Assembly (NCBI RefSeq): GCF_006345805.1
Contig: NC_042997.1
Location: 19,034,001 to 19,098,000 of the forward strand
Reading direction: 5' to 3'
Origin: Octopus sinensis
Taxonomy: Eukaryota
Length of the DNA: 64,000 nucleotides
The first letter of the stretch is position 1, and each line of letters begins with the position of its first letter. Below the pieces are notes generated by a model. It was not told the DNA's origin and searched no databases. It was given only the letters and a program-made list of their open reading frames with translations. Of the stretch, positions 41,612-52,602 are shown piece by piece. Both the position numbers and the translations under genes were made by a program.

Positions 41612-41940
41612 GAAGGCATGTTGCTTAGTGATTAGAGCATTTAACTCACAATGATAAGGTTATGAGTTCAATCCTTGGTGACACACTGTGTCCTTGAACA
41701 AGATACATTATTTCACATTGCTCCAGTCCACAAAGCTAACAAAAATGAGATGTACCTGTAATTCAAAGGGCCAGCCTTATCATATTCTGTGTCATGCCGA
41801 GTCTCCCTGAGAACTAACTACATTAAGGATAAGTGTGTTTGTAAAGTGTTCAGCCACTTGCACGTTAACTTCATGAGCAGGCTGTCCCATTGAGTGGATC
41901 AACTAGAACATTCATCACTGTAACTGATGGAGTGTCAGTC
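41612..41940 (+). mobile_element. Degenerate CORE-like SINE
   Basis: tRNA-like head, then gtgtccttgaacaagatacattatttcacattgctccagtccac. Confidence 0.6.
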
Positions 41941-42480
41941 ATTTCAACATCCATTATATGTTTATATAGATCTGCTCTTAACACACTTTAGTAGAATTAC
42001 AGAATAACAAATATGGCAAGAATGAATAAATCTATAAGTATAAATATAAATCATTATTTATAATAATTTTTCCATTGTTGAGTGATTGGCATTCTCCTCA
42101 GAAACTGAATTATTTAATTTACAATAAAAGTTCATTAACTTTGTTTATTAGATGTTTCTTACGGAACTCATTAGCAAATACATTAATAAGAAAATTATTA
42201 CATTTAAATTTGATTTTAGCAACAGCAATAGACATAGTGTTGATGAAAGCATCAACAACTGTAGCAGGAAAGGTAATAATTACAACAAGAAATATAATTA
42301 TAATAGTGTTTACGTTTTCTGCAATGTGCTTCAATGACACATAGGAAAGGTTATTTGATCAAAGTAATAATTCTAATGATGCTGTCATATTTGGCATAGA
42401 AACTTATATTCTAGAATTATAGAAAAATTGAAAAGAATGGTGGGTAGTGTTGTGAAATCTTACCTAAGGGCATTATAGTA

Positions 42481-43110
42481 GAGGTGTATGGCTCAGTGGT
42501 TAGGGTGTTGAACGTTATCAAAGAAGCTTGAGAGGCGGTTGGATGGAACCTACACTCGCCTCCTTATGAGAGCTCAAAATCTCTCGTGGAAGCGCCATCC
42601 AACCAAAATGCAAATATATGGGAAATTACCACCTGTGTCATCTCTTGTGAAAGGTAGGAGAGTCCAGTTTGCTGGACATTGTTGTAGAGCTGAAAAAGAA
42701 GTAATCTCTACTCTTCTCCTCTGGAAGCCATCTACTCGCAATACCAGAGGGCGCACACTCTCCTACCCTGATGTAATCTCCAGGGATACAGGCATCCAGC
42801 GACAGGACCTCCATAATGCTATGATGGACCGTGAAGTCTGGCGTAAAATAGTAAATTCCATTGTCTCGACCACGGTCGAACAATGATGATAATGATGATG
42901 ATGTTGAACTCATGATCGTAAGGTTGTGGTTTCGATTTCTGGACTGGGCGATGCGTTGTGTTCTTGAGCAAAACACTTCATTTTCATGTTGCTCCAGTCC
43001 ACTCAGCTGGCAAAAATGAGTAATCCTGCGATGGACTGGCGTCCCATCCAGGTGGGGAATTTCTACGCCACTGAAACCAGGAAACCAGCCCTTATAAGCC
43101 TGGCATGGCT
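42481..43110 (+). mobile_element. CORE-like SINE interrupted by an RTE-type LINE 3' fragment (42514-42901) with 8-bp TSD TGTTGAAC
   Basis: The SINE head stops at 42513 and resumes at 42910. TGTTGAAC occurs at 42506-42513 and 42902-42909. The insert encodes LDGTYTRLLMRAQNLSW...RRVQFAGHC...AMMDREVWR and ends in (GAT)n. Confidence 0.85.
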
Positions 43111-43449
43111 CGAGAAGGGACATTTATTTTTATTTAAGGGCATTATAAATGTATGTGAAGCAACTCTAATCAGAAATGTAAATCATGTTACAGGCATTGC
43201 TTACCCTGAATTTATTACATCATAATATTTACTTTTTACATAAAAATGAAGCTTCAGATATCTAAGGAAGGAAAAATTGAAAGCTGTTATGACTGAACCT
43301 TTCCAGTTATCCTTATCAATCCTGGATTCTTTCATATAAAGGATAACAATTACTTTCAAATGGGTATTGTAGTATCGCTTTCTTATTATACGCTGCTGCA
43401 TTTCAGTTTCCAGCACAAGTCTCCAGTGGTTGCTCAGTTTAGGAAATTG

Positions 43450-44850
43450 CTTTTACTATTCAAAATTAGGCTTACTTTAGTCACACATCTACAGTGGACA
43501 ACTCTACATATGCCTTATAATAAGCTCTAATGAAAGAGGCTGTTCCTACCCTAATTTCAGGTTGACAACATTGTTATTGCAGCTGGACATTTTATTGGGT
43601 ATCTTCAGCAACACAATGATATTTAATTCACCGTACATGGGTGCTATGGATTTAATTTTAAAAAAGGAAGAGATATCAAGTCTTTTGGAATGATGAAATG
43701 GAAATGTCTTCATCATTTGTAAGATTAAATTTGGAAAATTGGTTTGCCAACTGACCACCTATCTATCAGATGAATATGAAAACCAGATAGTATTCTTTCT
43801 CACTAGGAAATGGGATAGTCAGCTGGTGGTGAATACTAAGCCTTTTCTTGAGGAAGAAAGAATCATTAAACATTCAAAGAAAATATAGTTCAATGGATAT
43901 GGAAAATAAAAAGATGAAACATTAAAGAACTATAACATGGAGGACAACAAAGAGTTTCTGTAAGTCAATCACTTGCAAGTTATCTGGAGGGAGTAAGATT
44001 ATCTCCATTATATTCTGTAGAGAAAAAAGAGGGACAAGTAAGGAAGTTGCTTTTTGGGGCTTGCAGATATAGAGAAAGATTTTCATGGGATTCTATATGA
44101 AGTCATGACATGCTTATTGAAAGAATTCAGAGTGGAGGAATGGTTGAATACAGTACTGATGCACAGTCTAATATGAGTGAGCATGCATAATGATACAAAT
44201 GAAGAATGGAAGCAATAATCTTTTCTACATTAGGAACAATGCCTGAAATTTGGCGGGAGGGGACCAATCGATTAGATCGACCCCAGTACACAACTGGTAC
44301 TTAATTTATTGACCCTGAAAAGATGAAAGGCAAAAATCAAACTCGGCAGGATTTGAACTCAGAATGTAAAGACAAATGATAAGAATGGAAGCATTAATGA
44401 ATTTCCCATGTGATGGGTGAAGTTCATCAAGAGTTGTTACAAAGTCTACTATGATTTATGGTTGTGATAGAGGTGCTGGTCTGATGTTTTAAGAATGGTT
44501 TACCATGGGCGTTATTCTACATATTACAAGCTTAGTATATGGATGAATAGAGGCGAAAAGGTAAGTTGGTGAAAGGAATGTATAGAAGTAAAGTGCATAA
44601 AGGTGAAAACCAAACAAAAAGTTATTGAGAATGATGGGGAAAAGATCCAGTGATAGATGGTGAAAAAAATGGGATGAGTTTGCTGGATCATGTGCTAAAA
44701 AAAAGTGAAAATGACTGGCCAGTGGGAGTAATGAAAATGTATGTAAGTCAAGGAAGAAAAAAATTCTGAGGGAAATACTTAAAAAGTACAGGCAGAAATA
44801 AGAGAAAGGGGATTAGTGAAAGAGGTTACTGCAAATAGGTTTTAGAAGAG
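43450..44850 (+). mobile_element. Heavily decayed RTE LINE (endonuclease to RT and C-terminus)
   Basis: VIAAGHFIGY (GDFNGH-like), LTTYLSDEYENQIVFFLTRKWDSQLVVNTK, and later ttcagagtggagga and atggaagcaataat RTE-like motifs. Confidence 0.55.
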
Positions 44851-45474
44851 AAAAGGGCTAATTCCTTTGAAAAGAACTCATCTGGGATTGCCCTGGTTCT
44901 ATGATACAAACTTTTCATTTTATAGTGATGTATAAACTAAAATATTCCATCAAAATTTCTTGTTGATATGTGTTCCAGCTAAATAACGACTGGGTTATTT
45001 TACTAAATTCTTTCTTATTTCCTTAATTATTTGAAGCAAAACAAATATTTTCCCACAAAAATATGATGACAAAAGGGTTAAAATGGATATTATTGGTATT
45101 GTTGAATTGTTTAATGTGACCGAAGTATTGGTATTAATATATTTTTAAGCATAGCTTTAATTTCATTTGAACTCTCTCACATACATAAGTCTCTTAAATG
45201 GAAAGAGTTTGCAATGAATTATAAAATTGGTGATTCTCAATGTCACACACATTTTGTTGGCTCGGTTTACATCAACCTTGTACAAGATCAATATTTCTTC
45301 TCTCACACACTGTTTTTATTTATCTCTCATTCCTCACACATCAAGTGTTGATACATATGAATTTTATCTGTCTTATCTTCTCTATTCCTTGAGCAGAATG
45401 ATGTATTGCAGTCTTATTTCACAGCATAGTTTTATTAATTTAGAAGGTGCAGACAAACAGGTACACAAGCATAT

Positions 45475-45518
<44 letters not shown>

Positions 45519-45532
45519 TATATATATATGTG

Positions 45533-45571
<39 letters not shown>

Positions 45572-46204
45572 ATGTATATATATATATATATCATCATCAT
45601 CATCATCATCATCATTTAGCGTCCATTTTCCATGCTAGCATGGGTTGGACGGTTCTACTGGGGTCTGTGAAGCCAGAAGGCTTCATCAGGCCCAGTCAAA
45701 TCTGGCAGTGTTTCTACGGCTGGATGCCCTTCCTAACGCCAACCACTCCGTGAGTGTAGTGGGTGCTTTTTACGTGCCACCCGCACTGGTGCCAGACAGA
45801 GCTGGCAAACGGCCACGAACGGATGGTGCTTTTTATGTGCCACCGGCACGAGGGCCAGGCGAGGCTGGCAACGGACACGAAACGGGGCGGTGCTGGCAAC
45901 GGTCGCGAAACGGAAAGTTCTCTTACATGCCACCGGCACTGGTAACACATCTGCAATTTCCATTGATCGATTTCCATTGATCGATTTCGATTCTGATCCT
46001 CACTTGCCTCAATGGGTCTTCACAAGCAGAGTTTCGACATGCCACCGGCACTGGTAGCACATCCGCAATTTCCATTGATCGATTTTGATTCTGATCCTCA
46101 CTTGCCTCAACACGTCTTCACAAGTAGAGTTTTGTGTCCCAAGAAGGGAAGGTATGCATACGTAGGCTGGCTCCATCCCATGTAGAAGGCCACGGGTTGT
46201 GGAC

Positions 46205-47101
46205 TCACTTGTCCTGTCGGGTCTTCTCGCGCACAGCACACTTCCAGAGGTCTCGGTCTCTAGTCATTTCCTCAGTGAGACCTAAAGTTCGAAGGTCGTG
46301 CTTCACCACCTCGTCCCAGGTTTTCCTGGGTCTGCCTCTTCCACAGGTTCCCTCAACCGCTAGGGTGTGGCACTTTTTCACACAACTATCTTCATCCATT
46401 CTCGCCACATGACCATACCAGCGCAAACGTCTCTCTTGCACACCACAACTGATGCTTCTTAGGTCCAGCTTTTCTCTCAAGGTACTTACACTCTGCCGAG
46501 TGTGAGTACCGGCATTACACATCCATCGGAGCATACTGGCTTCATTTCTAGCGAGCTTACGCATATCCTCAGCAGTCACGGCCCATGTTTCACTGCCATG
46601 TAGCATGGCTGTTCGTACACACGCATCATACAGTCTGCCTTTCACTCTGTGCGAGAGGCCTTTTGTCACCAGCAGAGGTAAGAGCTCTCTGAACTTTGCC
46701 CAAGCTATTCTTACTCTAGCAGTTACACTTTCAGCACACCCGCCCCCGCTGCTGACTTGGTCACCTAGGTAACGGAAACTATCAACTATTTCTAGTTTTT
46801 CTCCCTGGAAAGTGACGGAAGTTGGTCTCAGAGCATTTTCAGTGTTTATTGTTCCTGAGCATCTGCCACATACAAAAACCATCTTCCTAGTTAGCCTTCC
46901 TTTGACATTGCTGCATCTCTTATGTGTCCATAGCTTACACTTGGTGCATCTTATAGAGTTTCTACCTACACCTTTTCTACAGATCGAGCAGGGCCATCTA
47001 CCTGAAGGTGTTTGTGATTTGTCTACCTTCCTACTGATTACGACTTTGGTTTTAGCTAGATTGACTCTGAGGCCCTTCGATTCTAATCTTTGTTTCCACA
47101 C
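46205..47101 (-). CDS. RTE ORF C-terminal part containing a C4HC3 PHD-type finger (46859-46990)
   Basis: GLRVNLAKTK, CxxC-x10-CxxC-x4-HxxC-x14-CxxC, FRYLG, RLRWYGHV, GRGRPRKTW. Confidence 0.88.
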   Translation of the reverse strand: MWKQRLESKGLRVNLAKTKVVISRKVDKSQTPSGRWPCSICRKGVGRNSIRCTKCKLWTHKRCSNVKGRLTRKMVFVCGRCSGTINTENALRPTSVTFQGEKLEIVDSFRYLGDQVSSGGGCAESVTARVRIAWAKFRELLPLLVTKGLSHRVKGRLYDACVRTAMLHGSETWAVTAEDMRKLARNEASMLRWMCNAGTHTRQSVSTLREKLDLRSISCGVQERRLRWYGHVARMDEDSCVKKCHTLAVEGTCGRGRPRKTWDEVVKHDLRTLGLTEEMTRDRDLWKCAVREKTRQDK

Positions 47102-47847
47102 CTGAACTTCTCCTCCAGTTCTGATAGCGACTCAGCAATTAGAGCAAGGTCATCAGCATAGAGGAGCTCCCAAGGGCATCCTGTCTTGAATTCCTCCGTT
47201 ATTGCCTGGAGGACTATGATAAATAGGAGGGGGCTGAGTACTGAGCCTTGGTGGACCCCTACCTCTACCCGGAATTCTTCACTGTACTCATTTCCAACCT
47301 TCACCCTACTAGCGGCGTCCCTATACATGGCCCGCACAGCTCTCACTAACCATTCATCTATCCCTAGTTTTCTCATTGCCCACCAGATAAGGGATCGGGG
47401 GACCCTGTCGAAGGCTTTCTTTATGTCAACAAAAGCCAGGTACAGGGGCTTATCTTTGGCTAGGTATTTCTCCTGCAGCTGCCTTACCAGGAATATAGCA
47501 TCAGTAGTACTTTTCCCTGGCACAAACCCAAACTGCATCTCATCTAAACTAACTCTCTCTCTAATTAGTTGGGCTATGACCCTCTCCGTAACCTTCATCA
47601 CCTGGTCCAACAGCTTGATACCTCTGTAGTTATTTGTATCTAGGGCATCACCTTTACCTTTGTAGCAGTTGACTATTATACTGCTACACCAGTCATTGGG
47701 TATGACCCCTTTGTGTATCACCTGATTAACTATATGGGTGACTAGGCTATAGCCGACACTACCAGACATTTTGAGCATCTCTGCAGTGATTCCTGATGGG
47801 CCTGGGGCTTTCCCTGTCTTCATGCTTCTAATTGCCTTAGCTACCAC
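47083..47847 (-). CDS. RTE reverse transcriptase, N-terminal and palm part
   Basis: GKAPGPSG, NYRGIKLL, QFGFVPGKSTTDAIF, FVDIKKAFDRV, GVHQGSVLSPLLF, LLYADDLAL. Confidence 0.9.
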   Translation of the reverse strand: MVAKAIRSMKTGKAPGPSGITAEMLKMSGSVGYSLVTHIVNQVIHKGVIPNDWCSSIIVNCYKGKGDALDTNNYRGIKLLDQVMKVTERVIAQLIRERVSLDEMQFGFVPGKSTTDAIFLVRQLQEKYLAKDKPLYLAFVDIKKAFDRVPRSLIWWAMRKLGIDEWLVRAVRAMYRDAASRVKVGNEYSEEFRVEVGVHQGSVLSPLLFIIVLQAITEEFKTGCPWELLYADDLALIAESLSELEEKFRCGNKD

Positions 47848-47869
47848 AGAACTATATATATATATATAT

Positions 47870-47928
<59 letters not shown>

Positions 47929-47931
47929 ATG

Positions 47932-47970
<39 letters not shown>

Positions 47971-48815
47971 AAATACACACACAGTCACATTACCATCGAT
48001 GTTTAATGTCCAATTTTCCATGCTTGCATGTGACATACAAGAGTATGTTGGAAAGAGATTTTAATAACCAGGTTCATTTTGTGTCCCCAATTCTATATTT
48101 TATGCAGAGAAGTACCAGCAAATAGCGCCAACTGACTGAGTCAGCACTTACCTGCTTCTAAGTAGGATAATATTTCCTCATGAACAGATATTTTCATAGA
48201 ATATTGGCAACAAAGAACATTGCTTGCATTAAGGTGACGCTTGTTTTCAATTGCCAAGTTATTCCAACATTACTCCCATACACACACAAATATGCACACA
48301 TGCATATACATACACACGCATACACGTACACACATATATGATAGGCTTCTATCAGTTTCTGCCTACCAAATCCCCTTCCAAGGTTTTTCTCGGCCAAAAT
48401 CTAAAATACAAGACACTTGTCCTCTAAAATGATGATGACGACGATGATGACAATGACAATGATGAGATACATGTATGTTATATATATGTACATATATGTT
48501 TATGAATATATGTTTATGCATGTGTATATATACATATTTTACACACATACACATAACATATATATATAAATATATAAACACATACTCATACATGCATACA
48601 TACATACATATATATGTGTGTGTGTATGTGTGTGTGAGTGTGTGTATGTGTATATATAGTCAATAAAACATCAGAAAAATACACATTCTAATGAATAGAG
48701 CAGTAATTATTAAAACAAACAGTTAAATTCTGGTCATAGTGTTACCAAAGGTTTCGTATCCACGAAAGCCACAACCTTGTGGTCATACATACATAAATAC
48801 ATACATACATGCATA

Positions 48816-50029
48816 CAGGGTACGTAAGGTATTTGATAACATACCAGTTTTGGGTCATTACTGCAGTTTTTTCTAACTCTGTGTAATCTTTGTTTCAGAA
48901 AATGATAATGGCAGACCCTCAGCTTATTCAACAAATGAAGAAGCATGCTGTTACTGTGGTTATAAATGCTGAACGAAGTGCTTTAGAAATATCTCAATTT
49001 TTAAATGTTGCCAGATCTTCCATCTACAAAGTTTGTAAGGAGCTAGAGTCTGAAGATGGAAATGTATCACCAGTATCAAAGCATAAAAAGTATTCTAAAC
49101 ACTCTGAAATCATCAGAACACCAGAATTTATCCAGCAAGTTCAACAGACCATTGATTACAATCCCAGAAAGTCCATGAGGTCAGTTGTAAAGATTTCCAT
49201 GTGTCAAAAGAAACAGTCAAAAATGTTGTCCACGAAGACATCAGATATAAGTCTTATATGATGAGGAAAGGTCAATTTGTCAGAAAAAGCAAAATAAAAT
49301 CACTACATCAGATCTAGAATGCTCTTAAACAGACTGAAAAATACAGCAGAATAAGATTTGATTTGGTTTTTCTCAAACAAGAAAAACTTCGACCAAGATG
49401 GAAAAGTTAAAAGATGAAATGACACAAGGTTACGTGCAGACCCTTCTGAAGTTCCAAGTGTTATTGTCATGACTTTAGGGGTTGTCAGCTATGAAGGACA
49501 TGTGATGCCTCCTTACTTCTTTCCACAAGGCCTTAGAGTTAACTCTGCCACCTACATTGAGGTCTTGGAAATAATTGCTAAGCCCTGGATAGACTGTGTA
49601 TGCTATTTAAGGCCATATGTATTTCAGTAAGACTCTGCACTGTCCAATATGGCTCTCGTAACACAAGAATGGATGGCTGAAAATTTTCATGATCACATAA
49701 CCCCTAAAATTTGGCCTCCTAATTCCCCAGATCTCAACTCATTGGAATGTTGTTAAGAGAGAGGTAAATGTACACACCTATAACATCAAAGATTCTTTGA
49801 GAGCAGCTTTAGTCAGAGTAATGTTCAAAATGAACCAGGACTACATGTATGTAGATAATTTAGATCTCATATAGAAGCAATTGTTGAAGCTGAAGGTGGC
49901 TGTATTGAATGACATTATAGAAAAGAAGGTTTATTTTTATCCACATAGCATTTTTTGATAAGTTATTATCTGTTATTATATATATTTTTTATAAACATAA
50001 ATCTGTCCTCAAATATCTTACACACCCTG
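48816..50029 (+). mobile_element. Tc1/mariner DNA transposon (DD37-type, maT-like), TIR to TIR, decayed transposase at ~48905-49910
   Basis: TA|CAGGGTACGTAAGGTATTTGA ... TCAAATATCTTACACACCCTG|TA (3 mismatches). HTH-like N-terminus, WFFSNKKNFDQD, and FQ*DSAL...WPPNSPDLNSLE with 37 residues between the second D and the final acidic residue. Confidence 0.9.
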
Positions 50030-50037
50030 TATATATA

Positions 50038-50073
<36 letters not shown>

Positions 50074-50129
50074 AACATATATATACATATATATATATAC
50101 ACACACAAACACAGCTATATATGTAAGTA

Positions 50130-50220
50130 CGTATGTATGTATGTATGTATGTATGTATGTATGTATGTATGTATGTATGTATGTATGTATGTATGTACGT
50201 ACGTACGTATGTATGTATGT
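50130..50220. repeat. (TATG)n microsatellite
   Basis: Direct inspection. Confidence 0.9.
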
Positions 50221-52514
50221 ATTATGAATTCAAAGTGTTATAGAATTGACATGTTCTTAGCTTTTTCATTTCTTTTATTCCAATCAATGATTCATTGCCC
50301 TATATTTAGACACAAATGAAATAGAGAATTAACTAAATTCTTAGACAGATAAAACAATTATAATAATCTTGCCACCAACAAAACTCACAAATCATTTATA
50401 TTTTCTTTATTTATCATTCAATATCTTTTCTATTTAAATTTATATTTTTCCCCACAGAACTAATCTAAAATAAATTGTAGACTTGAAAATAGAGAAAATG
50501 GAGCCAATTTTGGTGAAGCTTTAATAGAAAAAACATGATGGACCAATTTAGAAAAATGTTCACTATAAAATTCTTCAATGTATATGTAGTATTTCATTAT
50601 CAGTAAGAAAAAGAAAAAAACAATTTCAATTAAAGCAACCAGAAAACTTAATTATAACAAATGTTCTAATTAAAGTTTCCTCAAAACTATGTATTTTATT
50701 ATCTATGTTAGAACAAGGCTATACATATAAGTGGTTATTAACTTAAACAAATTATAGCTGGTAGAGATGGTTGAAAGAAAGAAAAACAGAGCAAATACTG
50801 CATAGTTTCTTGCTTAGTAGGTCATTGTTTTGGAGCTCTACTTGTGATGTTATCAAAAATAAGACTTACCAAAATACTGGAATGAGTTTAACTCCCTTGC
50901 TACATCAATTAATGCTTGAGTATATAAATAATAAATTATCTATTTCATTTTTATTCCTTCAGGTGCTATAAAGACTCCTATTGCTACCACTTTAATAAGT
51001 TCATATACGTACACACATATATACTTATGAAATGCATATAACTATATATGTATATATGCATGAATGTTAATGTGTATGATGATGATGATGACAATGATAA
51101 TGATGAAAATGGATATTCAAAGATCTTAGTAGCATTTCTTAATATTTAACTATATCCTTTGATTCTCAGACATGGATTTCCATGAATTGAACTTTAAAAA
51201 TAAATGATATGACGATAAAAGTTATTACAGATTTTAATTTTATCATGCAATTAAGTAGAGAAAAAACAATTTCTTTGGCAATCTGAGACTAGTGAAAAGT
51301 AGACAGAAACGTATTCTTATACTGTAGAACTTGGCTTGAATGCTTTCACAGAATGAATTCTGCTAAAGTCACATAGTGTTGATATTAAACTGGGTGGCAG
51401 ATTATGTCTACCACCCTTGTGGGCCATGGTAGGATTTGAACTCAGAATGCAAAGAATCAGATCAAATACTGCAAAACATCTGGTTCAAAATCCTTTTCCT
51501 TGTGCTAATTTACCTCTTAGGATTTATATATTTTATTGAGTCCAAATGAATGAAAGGACAAATTTGTAGTCTCTGGGACTTGAACTCAGAAAGTAGAGGA
51601 TTAGAACAATACTACAATGTGTTCTATATAATATTCTAATGACTCAGCCAATTTGCCACCATAAGACTTCTTCACTTAAAGGGTTAAATGACTAAGCACC
51701 TTCTCTACAAAATTAGCTTGTAGTTTTCACAAAAGAAATCAATTAAAAAATGCCTAACACTTATTGGCTATTGCTGATGCTTTTATAGAATTAATAGTAA
51801 TCGTATGAAATATTGCTTTTAATATGAATATAATCCATACCAGAATCTCTAGCAATGCACATAATACACATATTATTCATCCATTCCAAAAACACCTCAT
51901 TTTAAACACATTCAGCTCTATGCATTTCAATTTCCCTTCCATTCTTTGTTCATCAGAAACATGGTTTTATCTTCTCACAAAATATAGATTATAGATAAAA
52001 AAAATTATCCTCATTCCTTCAAGTGGTATGAAGACTTCTACTGCTACTTCTACACACTTTATGCAATACCATAGAAACAGCTTCTTTCCTCGTCACCTGC
52101 CCCAGTTTGAAAGGTTTGCTCCTGGTAAATTTTGATAGCCCCAGGAGAGTCTGAACTAGCTGGTATTTAAATACCCCAACTACACCAGGGAGAGATGTGT
52201 TACAATACAGTAATATCTCAAGTGTGACTAATTTCAGAATTTAGACAGTTCAAACAGAGCCACCAGCTGGATAAGGTTATATCAAATAAATCAAGTGGAA
52301 GAAACCTGCAGCAGGAAACTAAGGAAAGCATAGAGAGAAAATGTGAAGGTAGATGTGGTAAGACACTGTGTTTGAAAATAAATATCTAACCCATGCGAGC
52401 ATGAGAAGGCAAACATAAAATGATGATGGTGATAGATAGTAAAGGTTCTTAGCAAGACTCCTTAATATTTAATTATATCCTCTGATTCTCTATATATGCA
52501 TGTATATAAATATT

Positions 52515-52566
<52 letters not shown>

Positions 52567-52602
52567 AATAGATGAGTGTATTTTTACCTTGTTAACAATT
52601 AA

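Larger units (their letters stand above)
45591..47852 (-). mobile_element. Young 5'-truncated RTE LINE (copy A) flanked by (TA)n on both sides
   Basis: (GAT)n tail, 3'UTR, and an RT ORF that is intact apart from one 1-nt frameshift near 47105. Confidence 0.95.

Noticed and set aside
46812-47629. Plus-strand ORFs overlapping the RTE copies (also 55309-55602 and 55823-56101) and minus-strand ORFs over the Tx1 element
   Set aside because: Antisense shadows of TE coding sequence.
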